Shown in pieces: positions 23,660 to 35,689 of a stretch of DNA of 57,206 nucleotides (position 1 is the stretch's first letter; each line of letters opens with the position of its first letter). This stretch comes from Nemertoderma westbladi (lineage: Eukaryota; Animalia; Xenacoelomorpha), in assembly GCA_032718475.1 (NCBI GenBank), contig JAUCBJ010006049.1, positions 1-57,206 on the forward strand. The letters run 5' to 3'. Under the pieces are notes generated by a model, which worked only from the letters and a program-made list of their open reading frames with translations, did no database searches and was not told where the DNA came from. A program made the position numbers and the translations under genes.

Positions 23660-26532
23660 GGAGACCCCAACACGTTAATCAGTTACTAATCCCATTTCAT
23701 TATCCTGCTATCCAGCCGTTTTATAATACCCTTCCTGTTGTATGGAAAAATTAGAAGAGATGGTGGTAGCATCAATTTGTAGTATTTCTCTCTGATAGGG
23801 CCCCCATAGCCTTAGACGAAATCGTAGCTTGTACTGTAGTTAGCCTTAGCAGCAGCTGCAGTTGGCTAACCTGGCATTGTTACCAGTATCCACCAAATAT
23901 AATTTGTAATTATATATTTGTTGGAGCATAATCTAATCTAGTCCTAACCTAAAGACACTATAAAGTCCTGGGTACATAAGGCTGTAAGGTTAGACATAAC
24001 ATGAATGTAAATTCACTAAATTGTAAACTAAACAATATGCTAAAAGTAAAGTACAAAGTACCTAGTATGCTAGAATGTACCATTATATTCTAAGTACAAT
24101 ACAGTCATTACACTGAAGAAACATACAGAGCTGCAAAGGTAACTTTCCATAACTTAACACAGTAACAGCTGTCTGGCTGTCTCTCATCTGTCATGCTTCA
24201 TGTACCTTTAAGTTCGATTCTCAATGTCACGTCCAAAATTGGACTTAAAGTCCAATATTGGACTTTTGTAAAAATTCAAAGCCTTATAAAAAAAGTTCCC
24301 CCTGGTGAATTTCAGGTCCCCCTGTTCAAAACTCTTATTTTTTGATATATTTTCGATTAAAGAAAAAAAATCCCGCCCGATCCAATTACCCAAGGCCCTG
24401 GAACAATTGGCTGATTTGAAGTCCAATATTGGACTCACAGAAGTCCAATTTTGGACTTGAACTGGAGTCGAAGTCCAATTTTGGACTCAAGTCCAATTTT
24501 TGACTTCTCACCGACTGACATATATTGTATAAACCACGTCAACCTTTGCGGCAACATTTCTCTAGAAATGGGCTCCAAACTGTGGAAGAATGATGGTACA
24601 GTATTCCAATTGACAGATAGAGCTAGGGCAGGCGAATGTTACATAAGTCTTCAGGCTGTCAGGAGAGGAATGGCTTCATTTGATGTACACAAAGTTTTAA
24701 AGAGGACATCAACAACCAGAAAACATATTTTTTTCCGAAGATGTGTGATGTGAATTGTGAATGATGAACAGAACAGATGAATGCCAGAATATGTAAACTT
24801 CCAAATTCTGTTATTGATTCAACATCCTGACATCTACAAGATATAGTAGGCCTTCCTGAGTCTGTGACTGTGCAGCTGTGTGAGCTTGAATCTCCCAACA
24901 GTGAGGCTTTGGTCTACTGTTCTTCTTACCAACAGTAAGGCGAATAGTATAGCGAATTTCTCTAGTCTTCTGCATTTTTCTCACCAATCACTAGAGGAGT
25001 TAACAATCATTAAAGTTATTAAACATGTCATGTCACATTGGTCACTGGTTACACTGGTCACCCATTATCACCAAGCTCTATAAGCACTAAGCAGCAAAGC
25101 CTACTGCTACACCCTACTGCTGGCAGGCTGGTGATGTTGTAAAGACTGGCGAAATTTGAGGTTTTATCTCAAATTTGAGGTTTAACCTCAAATTTCAATT
25201 TTCGCCCCCCAATAAAAGCATGTTTGCATCGGTGAAATATTTTATTGCATCAATGAAAGTTCTTATTTTACAATATATTTTAACATATTAAAAGTAGAAG
25301 TTGCTCCAACAGTTTCCCTAAGTCGCAGCAACACTCGTTATTATGAGCCTAAAAATACCTCAAATTTGAACAAAAAACCCCAATTTTCGACAGCCTATTA
25401 CCAGAATTCGAAATTTGGGGTAACCCCAAAATTGATGATCTCCCTGACTGCCTGCATTCTGCATGCATTGATTGATGCTAATGCACTAATGATACTAATA
25501 GACTACTGAACTAATACACTAATAGTGTAATAAATAGTTGCACCTACTGTCGGAATTTAAGACTGTACTGCTGTAAGCCTACTTTCAGACTTAGTACAGG
25601 TTTATATAATTGTAACTGATATGACAATGAAATCTGACGGACTCATTCTTTCAAACAATTTTGTATCATACCGGTAGTGTATCTATAAAATATAATCTTG
25701 ACCAGTTGACCAAATGTGGCCCCATACAGCCATATAATTTATCTAATCATTTACCAACCAGGTCAATCTAATCAATCAATAGGCCTATACAAATACAGAA
25801 ATAATACAAAAACCTAGCGAAATACTACAAAAACCTAGCGAAAACCTTCAAAAACCAGCAAAAACCTTCCAAAAACCTACAAAAACCTTGCAAAAACCTA
25901 AAACCTAAAAATTTTTCTGAAAAACCTATGGTTTTTGCCAGCCCTGCAATAACGTGCCACTATAACCTGTTCCTTTCCCTAAATTGAGAATTTAACATTC
26001 AGGTTGAGATATGCATCAAGTTTCCCTCTGCAGCCTTGCCTACACTCCAATCAGCCATTGGCAGATTGGATATGGTAGATAGCAGGATAGGCCTAACTAC
26101 TGAACTAATTGATTAGGCCTGATGATGGATTGAAATGATTGGGTAAAGTTGGGTGGTATTGGGTAAAGTTGGGTAAAGTGGATTGGGTAATTGATTGGGT
26201 GAAGTTGGGTAAAGTTGGGTGGTATTGGGTAAAGTGTGGTAAAGTGGGGTAAAGTTGGGTAAAAAGTTGGGTAAAATTGGGTAAAGTTGGGTGAAGTTGG
26301 GTGGAGTTGGGTAAAGTTGGGTATTTAGTAGGACCCGTCTCAGGCTGTCTTGCTCTTGTCTACACATTTCAGATTCAGTATTTACCATCTATTATTTACA
26401 GTAGGGTTCGACCGGAGCTCCGGCTCCGGCCGGACTTGGCATGTCCGGTTCCGGTCAAATTAGGTGCAGGAGCTCCGGCAAAAAGTATTTGTGCTGCACG
26501 ATGCATAGCTACATGGATAGGCAAGGCAAACA

Positions 26533-26595
26533 GGGTCCTACTAAATACTACAAAAAGCACAAAACAAGCACAAAAAAGCACAAAAAAGTCAAGAA
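26533..26595 (+). mobile_element. Truncated left TIR of the AAAAAGCAC MULE-like family
   Basis: Matches the start of 13030: GGGTCCTACTAAATACTACAAAAAGCACAAAACAAGC. Confidence 0.8.
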
Positions 26596-26648
26596 CGTTA
26601 TCATGTAGTTCAAGTTCATACGTTCATGCATATAACGATAACATTACC

Positions 26649-26947
26649 AATTGAGAGAAAGGAGCAGGTTACAGAGGCGGGATTTTCTAACCAAAACAAT
26701 AAACGACCATTTAACTAATTGAGGGAAAGGAGCAGGTTACAGAGGCGGGATTTTCTAACCAAAACAATAAACAGTCACTTTAGCAAATCAGGGAAAGGAG
26801 CAGGTTACAGAGACGGGATTTTCTAACCAAAACAATAAACGATAACATTACCAATTGAGAGAAAGGAGCAGGTTACAGAGGCGGGATTTTCTAACCAAAA
26901 CAATAAACAATCACTTTACCAAATCAGGGAAAGGAGCAGGTTACAGA
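26649..26947. repeat. ~62-bp minisatellite, ~5 copies
   Basis: AAAGGAGCAGGTTACAGAGGCGGGATTTTCTAACCAAAACAATAAAC repeated head to tail. Confidence 0.92.
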
Positions 26948-27121
26948 CTTAAAAAAGCTTGGAGCTGCCTGGCTGCTCGGCGCCCACACAACACCACACA
27001 CTCGCACTGCTGTTATACCAGTAGTTACTACAGTAGCCTACTGACTTAGATACTTCAGCTGTTCAGTATGCTGTTCTACATCCCTTACTGCCTTACCTGC
27101 TTACCTACCAGCAGACCGGTA

Positions 27122-27808
27122 GGCCTACCGTACTATTCTTCCAACTATTACAAGTTCTGCTGTTCAAAGTCCAATCAAAAAAGAATATAAATATTTAGGA
27201 CATTATATTACCAATACACTATCTGATGATAGAGATATTTTACGACAACGTAGGAAACTATATATGCAGGCAAATAGTTTGAAACGCAGATTTTTTATGT
27301 GTTCAAATGATATTAAGCAACGTTTATTTCAATCCTATTGTACGCCGATGTATACAGCTCACTTATGGTGCAATTATACTAAAACTGTATATAATAAATT
27401 TACAACATCATATAATAATACATTTCGAATTCTTATGGGATATCCCAAAAATTGTAGTGCCTCAGAAATGTTTTTATTTAATCGTTTGCCTAGTTGTGCT
27501 GCTGTGATTCGTAATCTCATTTATAATTTCATTGTTAGGATCGATAAATCATCTAATACTATTATCTCCAGCTGTTCTACATCTGATTGTATATATTTTT
27601 CCCCATTGCGACGGTTTTGGATGACTGAATTACATATTAATTTTAAATTGCCGAAGCTGTTATATATTAATTCCGTAAATATTAATTCTGGTAAATAACG
27701 CTTATATTTATTGGTTGTTTGGTGATGGTGGTGTAGTAATGTTATGGTGCAAAGTGGACTTCGTGTTCAGAATATACACAATATCTGCAGTTAGTAGATT
27801 AAAAGTGT
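27122..27808 (+). mobile_element. 5'-truncated LINE (RT C-terminal region, RTE-X-like, clade tentative) with 17-bp TSD
   Basis: KEYKYLGHYIT..DDRDILRQRRKLY..N..RRF..CS..K..LF.SYC..MY...LW...YNN..R.L...P...SASEMF; CTACCAGCAGACCGGTA at 27105-27121 and 27809-27825. Confidence 0.75.
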
Positions 27809-27845
27809 CTACCAGCAGACCGGTATCGTACCAGTTTTCAGACTT

Positions 27846-28026
27846 TTGAGGGGGGATAATTTTCCTGAGGGGAGGCATTATTTCCTAAGGAGAAAATGCC
27901 CCCCCGGGCTAAATTTCCTAGGAAAAATTGCCCGGGGGCCTGGGGGGGACATAATATCCTAGGAAATAATGCCCCGGGCAGCCGGGGGGCATATTCTAGG
28001 GGGGGCTGATTTCCTTGTGACACCGG
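27846..28026 (-). mobile_element. One end of a TIR element with G/C-run and CCTAGG subterminal repeats
   Basis: Ends in ...TTTCCTTGTGACACCGG after repeated TTTCCTAGG / GCCCCCCGGG motifs; partner end not found. Confidence 0.4.
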
Positions 28027-28299
28027 TCAGCCGGTAGCTGCTGAGCTGTGAGGAACTCTGTCTTTTCAGCTTTTCTTTACTGCTGTGCTGATGTGATGAC
28101 TGAAGCAATGTCTGAATGTCAGTCTGTAGGCCTACTACTGTAAGTACCGCTGTCTTAGGCCTATCAGCCTATAGGCTACCCAATGACGTAGACCGGTACA
28201 GAACCATGGCCTACTTAAATGTAGGTCATGACCGTTCAGCGGTTGTCAATTGTCAATTACAATAAATTGTCAGTAACAGAAACAGCCACAGTATCGTAG

Positions 28300-29970
28300 C
28301 CAGTATCGTGGTCTTACAGTTTTATCAAAATCTTATATAAAGGAAAGGGTGCGTTAAATAACCCAGATAATTATCGTGGGATAGCTCTAACGTTTAAACT
28401 ATTAACCGTGATAATGAATAAACGTATAATTTCTAATCTAAGAGACCAGATCCCTCTTGAACAATTTGGTTTTTTGCCTGGAAAGAGTGCAGTTGAAGCT
28501 ATTAGACAGTTACTTAGATATATTAGTGAGGCTTTTAATTCGAGTTCTAGAAATGAACGCATTGTACAGTATATGCCTGTTTTGTAGATTTTAGAAAGGC
28601 TCTTGATTCTGTGCCCAGAGCCCTACTTCTATACAAATTGTATACATTAGGCGTCAAGGGGAAACTTTTTGATCTTATTAAGTCAATATTAAATAACAGG
28701 TTTCAAATTTTTGATGGTTTACGATTCTCAAATATCATACAACAACTTCGGGGTATTTTACAGGGCGATTGTTTATCGCCAACATGTTTTTTACTTTTTA
28801 TAGCAGATTTAGTCAGTGCTCTACGTGCAGTTGTTGCTACAATATTATCTATTTTTAATGCGGATGATTTAGTATTCTTTTCAAAGAAAAGAGACGATAT
28901 TCAGTCAGCATTGAACGCGTTATTCGAATGGTGCAGGAAAAATGGAATGGACGTGAACGTGGTGAAAACTAAAATAGTTAAATTTCGAAAAGGTGGTCGT
29001 TTAAGCACTAATGATACATTTACATACAATGGTAATCTAGTTAAAGTAGAAAAACATGAGTATGACCAATACTTAGGCGTAACAGTACAGACGTCGTTGT
29101 GCTTTACAAACCATATCAATAGTAAAAAAGTTGAAGCTTATAAGTTAATAGGTTCTTTTACTAAGTTGCAATTACTATCTACGGATACTGGTTTAAAGAT
29201 TTTTAATGGTAAAGTGCTTCCGATGATTACTTATGGCCTACCTGCGTATGGTATCTATCTTAAATTGTCAAACCTTAAAGAAATCGATAAAACGAAATCT
29301 ACTTTTATTAAACGTATTGTCACAACTGTATTATAATTTGTGCACCACCTAGCGGCCAGTATCGGAATAACAATTACAATACATTATCTTTCATTTACTG
29401 GTAGATGGCTCATTCAAATACATGTATAAAAGTAGCCAGAAGTCCTTATAACAGTTGGTACCGGTAGAGAATATTACGATTATTATTAATTATCTTTAGA
29501 ACACATAACTAACTTCAATTATAAAATACTGATAACGGATTACTAATGATACTGAAAACCTTTTTAATTTTATATATTATCTATATTATAATACGACGCT
29601 CCCTCACCCAGACTCTATCCGTACCCGCCGCACCCGCAGTCACTTCAGCTGTCTCCTGGAGTGGTCTGACAGTATGCTAGGTCTACACATATCTTCATCG
29701 TCAACATTAGTGCATAACTTACTTGGTGAACCAACTTTGATAGAATATATTTTAGATAGCTGCACTATGAACTCATTCCACTCCCCAAAAGAAGACTGTT
29801 TCTGTGGTGGGAACTGTGAAAACAGATATCACGCCCTTCGATGTCCTGCCTGTCCTAGCCTAAATTCGTTGGCTGCATGAGTTATATATATATGTATCCG
29901 TTTTGCACGATATTTTAGAATTATTTTTATCAACGAGTTGTTTATATTTAATTTAATAATAATAAATTGT
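28300..29970 (+). pseudogene. Degraded LINE reverse transcriptase (frameshifted, interrupted at about 29336-29670)
   Basis: LYKGKG..PDNYRGIAL, QFGFLPGKS, FVDFRKALDSV, GILQGDCLSP, FNADDL (degenerate YADD), YLGV; C-terminal CFC..RYH..C. Confidence 0.85.
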
Positions 29971-30799
29971 TTTATTCACACACTGAACCAAAGTAATACT
30001 GTACATATGTAAATTATTATAAATATTATGAAATATGTTTTATAGAGTAGCCTATCGTATTTCAATATCATTGTTTTAACAGTTGCGTTTATCACCAGTG
30101 CAATAAGATGGAATCCGATAAATATATTTACCCCGGTATGGGGGTGTTGATTGTCTTTAAAAAAATAAATTGTCAGTAACAGAAACAGCCACAGGCTGAC
30201 AGGACAGGCAGACATGATTACTCTAAACTTTGATAGGCAGATAGGCCTCTATTCTACTTTATTTATTATTCAGATTAGCCTTTATCCCAATTCCTAACTG
30301 TTTGTTTCATTTATTTCTGTCTTTGAATGTTGAAAATAACCTCCACCTTTAATAAATGCCTTACTGGTATACAAAATATATTAACACATACATGTTAGTG
30401 TGGACGATTGAGAGCCAGTTAGTTAATAAGGGTGATAACAGAAAAGCCATAGCTTGAAGGTTGCTACCACCGTGAGGGGGGCTGGGGGGGGGGGGGGGGG
30501 GGGGGGCGGCTAATGAAGGGACCTACATTGACAAATTATAAAGGATGTACTGTACAACCTACAACCAAGGCGTACTATATACAAGGCCATGCCATCGAGT
30601 TAACTGGGGGTGGTGACTGGGGGCAAGATTTTTTTTACAACAATTTGATAATATTTTGATATGGGGAGAGTTCTATAAATTTTCAATTGCTGCAATTTGG
30701 TCAATGGACGTAATTGAAGAATCCTCGTTAAGTAAGATAAAAAATTTTATGGTAGTTAGTGTTTTAGATAGGTTTAGCTAGTAATTTCGACACTGGTTC

Positions 30800-31140
30800 C
30801 GACATCCTACTTCCCTGTATAAATATATATCCCATTCACTGAATGTTATAGCCCTCATAATTTTATTTACCCGAACACGAATTTTATTAATATATGTTGG
30901 GAAGGAGCTGTCCCATAAGGCAATACCGTAGTGTATCCGTGAATTTACGAGGGAATAATATATTGATTTGAGCACCGATAGAGGCAACAAGTGTCTGAAT
31001 TTAAAAAACAAGCCAGTAAATTTCGACACCACAAATATTACATTTTTACAGTAGGACTTCCAATTCAAGTGGTTGTCAAGTATGAGACCAAGATATTTAA
31101 TTTCATTTTTACACTTTAGATTAGTATCTTTCATTTTAAC
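30800..31140 (-). pseudogene. CR1/L2-group LINE RT thumb fragment
   Basis: KYLGLILDNHLNWK...SKFTGLFFKFRHLLP...LKSIYYSL..S.I.YG...W. Confidence 0.75.
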
Positions 31141-31534
31141 TTTGGCTACACTTTCAGTTGACCGCGGGTTGTTGGAATATAAACAATATACAGTTTTTGT
31201 TCGCGTTATTTTCATTTCGGTCCCGGGTACCCACCAAATTTACAAACTCCCCAAACGAAAATTCCAAATATACCCGCGCATAGTGGGCAAAAAACCAGAA
31301 GTTATAAAACCCAAAATTATTCGATTATGGACTGTTTTTCGGGAAGGCTGACTACTAAATTGTATTAAGTTGGTTATTTGGTTATTAAGTAGTTGTATTA
31401 AAACGTGGCCCTGAAGTTCAAGGAATCAAGTACTTGGCTTCAGGTAGAGATCATGATAGCCTAGCCTAGGCCGTGCGCCCGTGCCTAGTGCGAAGGGACA
31501 ACCTATTCCCCAGTGGGTTCTTTTACTGTGCGTG

Positions 31535-32240
31535 GTATGAGCCTGAAAAGGACTTGGAAACAAACAGACCAGGAGGCTACGCAGTGGGAATTTGGTTTGT
31601 ACTTCTTGGACTTCCCCAGTGGCTTCTTTTACTGTGCGTAGTACGAGCCTGAAAAGGACTCGGAAACAAACAGACCAGGAGGCCACGCAGTGGGAAAGGG
31701 AACCGGACTTTTCACCTCCTGCGTGGTGCGCTAGTTTGCAGTGCGTAGTGCAAGACTGAAAAGGACTTGGAACCAATCAGCATAGCGCTCCAAAAAGGGG
31801 GGGTTTGTGATCTATGGAGTTATTGCGAGCCTGAATAGGACTCGGAATGCAGCAGAAATCGCTCTCCTCTGCTAGCACCGACGTTCTACGACTTACAGAG
31901 AGGATTATGGTTAACGGAGCTATTACGAGCCTGAAAAGGACTCGGAACGTGATGGAAAATAATACTTCCTCGCTTGACCGACAGACACTGACGGATGAAG
32001 TGGTTTGCAGTCTACGGAGCTAATACGAGCCTGAAAAGGACTCGGAACGTAATGGAAAACTGCATCCTCTCACCGGACACTACGGATATTAACAGATGGA
32101 GCGACCAGCGGTGGGCGGAACTATTACGAGCCTGAAATGGACTCGGAACATAACGGAAACTGTCTATCCTCACCCGACACCGATGGACAGAGGTGACTGC
32201 AGTCGACGGAGCTATTATGAGCCTGAAAAGGACTCGGAAC
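31535..32240 (+). repeat. Array of 8 diverged ~75-108-bp units sharing a conserved 24-bp core TACGAGCCTGAAAAGGACTCGGAA
   Basis: Cores at about 31537, 31643, 31751, 31825, 31924, 32023, 32124 and 32217; three more at 33381, 33438 and 33500. Confidence 0.9.
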
Positions 32241-32575
32241 GTAACAGAAGCTGTAGCCCCTCACCAGACATCACAGACACCGACTAGACATGGGTATCAA
32301 ACATAGTTGGGGTGGTTAAAATCATATAAAGTAAATTTGACGTCTTATAAAGTAAATACTAAGTAAATTATTTGTACTGTAGGTTTATTACTGATGTATA
32401 TGTTTATTATAATTATTTGGTGTATGGGAGCCCAAATTTATTTAGAATCAGTTCGTCTATAAGGAATCAGTTAGCAGCGAATAAATTAACATTCAATCCA
32501 AACGATCTTTCTTTTTCACGATCTGCATTACAAATCCTAAGTTTGCCCAACACCAATAAGAGAGGTGTTGGAATA

Positions 32576-35500
32576 ATGGAGCACGAACCGGCCACTACTA
32601 CCAGTGGAAACGACCTACGAACAGACTCAGAATCGGACCAGGAACATAATATCCATAATGTGGCCCGCAAACTCTGTACATTAAAGGGGCTAGTCACAAA
32701 AGCCAACTCGAGGATAGAGACACTCTTAAAGAGGTCCAACACCTCAATCGGTGATATTCATCATCAGATACAAAAGGTCAGGATAATGAGTATGCGCAAC
32801 TTTCAACTTGATCGGGATGCTCTAAATCAGGAAATGATGGCTCAATGCAATGAAATCTAGGCGGAAGATAGGAGAATGGAGTTAGAAGAACAAGATGCTC
32901 TTCGTCGACAGAAAGAAGCAGAACAAGATGCTCTGCGTAAACAGAAAGAGGCAGAACAAGATGCTCTGCGTAAACAGAAAGAATCAGAACAAGATGCTCT
33001 GTGGAAACAGGAGGCCATCGAAAGCGCCAGAAGACACCGAGAGGCCATCAAACAGGAAAAAATGTTAAAATGGGAGGTGGAACAGCGTGCTAAGGAAATA
33101 AAAGAGCAAAAGATCATAATTCAAAAAAGGAATACAGATGAGGCCAAATTGGAGAGAATACGAGACTGCACTTCTCGAACGTGATCTCCAAACTGAGGAG
33201 GACAGAGAAAGAGGGATTGAGATGGAATATGAACCCATTATGGCCCTGGATTTGGAAACAACTCTCCCTTTCCAGGAAATGGAAATCAGAAAGACTAATA
33301 ATAAAACTTCTAACCTTTTCCCCAAAGCTCCAGTGTTCTACCCTCATACGGAGGAGAACCAGGGAAGGCATAAAGCCCAGTACGAGCCTGAAAATGACTC
33401 GGAAAAGATTATGCCATGCCCTAGTTGCAAAGCCCGGTACGAGCCTGAAAAGGACTCTGAAAAGATTGTGAAGGTTTGTTGACGGATGGCGCTTACCACT
33501 ATGATCCTGAAAAGGACTCGGACCATGGCGCCAATCCGACACCCGTTATAAACCCAATCACGTTAACTCCCCGACAACGACCAAAATATGTCATGCGGCA
33601 AATGGAGATGGATCCATCATATATGGGTGGTAGGCCAGGACAGTTTAACAACACATGTAAAACCACTTCAATGGATGTTTATATTATAAGGGCGCTTGAA
33701 AATCGTTATCCATGCCCAAAATGGAAATCAGAAGCTTCCATGGTGACTACACAGATTTCATCAGCTTCAAGAAATGCTTTTATGCTCAAATCGGTTCAAC
33801 AAAATTACTGATGCGCAACAATTCGTTTATTTATCACAATACCTTGGGGACAAACCAAGAAGGCTGCTACGCTGCTTTGAAGGAGGTGATTATGAAGCAT
33901 ACAAAGACGCATGGGAAGCACTGAATAAAAGTCGGTAAATGAACTGAACAATAGAAAGACTCGTCCGGGAAGCGGGTTCCTTAGGTGTCCCACAAAACAT
34001 CCAGGAATTATCAGACTCCATGAAAGAGGCATATTATAGCATAAAACCTCTAAAGAAAGAAGACCAAATTAATAACATCCTTAATTTAAGACAAATCGCT
34101 AGGAAATTCCCAGGATGGCTACAAACCAAATTGGCTTATAAATGCGTAGACCTACTACGCAGATGGTATCCTGACCACAATCCTACATATCTAGAAATGT
34201 CCACGTTTCTGGACGATGTCTCGGAAACGATGAACGAATCTATGTTTTCCAAACAAAGTCTATCGAAGCTGGATGGGGGGGAGCCAACAACGTGATCACG
34301 CATTCCCACCTCAAAACCCCAGTTTCGTGAACCCATTAGTACGATGGCTATCTACATGTCAGAAGAGGAAGATGAGGATGACGATGACTTTGAAATAGCC
34401 AAAGAAGGGGCCTGTTTCTTCGCTAACTGGGCACCAAAAGGAGAGGGAATCCCAGAAACTTTCTAATGTATATTTTGTGGTGAGAATCACACTGTCGAAT
34501 TCTGTCAAAAATTCAAGTATGCGGACTTGATACTGCGCTTCGAAACCATTATGAAGCATCAAGGATGTTTTAAATGTTTGGGAACAGGACATTACATGCG
34601 AGAGTGTGAGAAGAGATCATGTTGTACCATTTGCAGCGACAATCGACACCACACATTGTTACACATCCCTGCAAATTTCGACTTCTCTACTCTTCCCTTT
34701 AGAGGGGAAATGAGGCGGGCGAGAAGTGCATTAAATCTGGCAAGCCATCATATCACTCCACGGCCAAGGAAGGGACAAAGAGAAACATAGAACTTTATAA
34801 CTATAAACCAAAAAAGGACGTCACCAATGTCTCACATGTGGTAAACATGGTTCGGAAAAATTATGCGATATTCGCGAAGGTGATTCCCATCCGAGTGCAA
34901 GGCGACCATAAATCGCTAATGACTCTCGCGTTTTTGGACAACGGATCCGATGGAACAATAATTGTTGACAAAGAGTTCATCGAAAAGCTTAGAATACGGT
35001 ATGAACCTTACAAGGTCACCAACCATAGAGAGGTCGAATCCGGTGAGGTAGAGCTACAGATTGGCGGTGTAATGCATCCTAGAATCAGAAAGGACCCAGA
35101 AGGAGATGACGAGGTACTTCAATTTTGAAACCCAGGAGTTCGCGGAGAGGGATGAAGCACTGTCCGAAGAAGATCGATTCTGCATGAAACTCATGGACCA
35201 AGGCGAATTCGTGGATGGACATTGGAGATCTCCGATGCTGTGGAAAGACCCGGACAAAGTAATGGCGGACAATTCAAGCATGGCCTTGAATCGCCTTAAA
35301 GGAATCCTGAAAAGGTTGAGTACCCAACCAGACCTGAAGGACCGATATAATGAGGTAATGGCTGGGTACTTGAAAGACGGATTGGTGGAACTGGTACCAG
35401 ATGACGAGATTAAGGGATCTTCTAGAACATATTACTTACCAACACATTATGTTATAGAAAAGCGTAAAGCTGGGAAGATGAGAGTTGTTAATGATGCCGT

Positions 35501-35689
35501 AGCCACCTTCCAAGGTGAATCCCTAAACAGCCAGTTATACACCGGACCAAACATTTACAGCAACCTGGTTGGCGTATTGCTTAGATTTAGGGAGAACAAG
35601 GTGGCCTTTACATGTGATATTAAATCGATGTTTCATCAGGTACGCACACTAGCCAGAGACTCTGACAGCCTGCGGATACTATGGACCAA
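32576..35689 (+). pseudogene. BEL-1 gag-protease-partial RT with several stops and frameshifts
   Basis: Consecutive ORF fragments in different frames carry the gag, EQDALRKQKEA coiled-coil repeat, Zn knuckle, protease and N-terminal RT motifs. Confidence 0.85.

Larger units (their letters stand above)
21653..24517. mobile_element. Non-autonomous DNA transposon with CAGTC termini and 5-bp TSD (element C3)
   Basis: TIR CAGTCGGTGAGAAGTCAAAAATTGGACT; palindromic TTGGACT..AGTCCAA subterminal repeats; TSD ACATA at 21648-21652 and 24518-24522. Confidence 0.88.
20185..25450. mobile_element. Non-autonomous DNA transposon with CAGTC termini and 5-bp TSD (element C2)
   Basis: TIR CAGTCAGGGAGATCATCAA; subterminal CCTCAAATTT repeats; TSD CCTGC at 20180-20184 and 25451-25455. 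Confidence 0.85.
19571..25946. mobile_element. hAT-like MITE family B, hosting nested insertions
   Basis: TIR CAGGGCTGGCAAA; subterminal AGGTTTTT/AAAAACCT repeats; TSD GAATAACG vs CAATAACG (7/8); the flanks rejoin into one 62-bp satellite monomer. Confidence 0.8.
16210..26336. mobile_element. MULE-like element with TTACCCAACT tandem-repeat TIRs, inflated to ~10 kb by nested insertions
   Basis: Termini GGTCCTACTAA(T/A)TACCC, same terminal motif as 13030-14330; 10-bp repeat arrays inverted at 16220-16360 and 26140-26325; 9-bp TSD GTCTCAGGC at 16201-16209 and 26337-26345. Confidence 0.85.

Noticed and set aside
24540-25083. Possible transposase remnant inside element C2
   Set aside because: Short ORFs with no recognisable DDE or DNA-binding motif
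26402-26500. GC-rich CCGG-repeat hairpin as a structured ncRNA
   Set aside because: Looks like the truncated left end of a TAGGG-type hAT MITE; no RNA family motif recognised
31535-32240. CRISPR array or hammerhead ribozyme array
   Set aside because: Eukaryotic context, no cas genes, spacers are 50-85 bp and related to each other; the hammerhead core CTGANGA...GAAA is not present in the right arrangement
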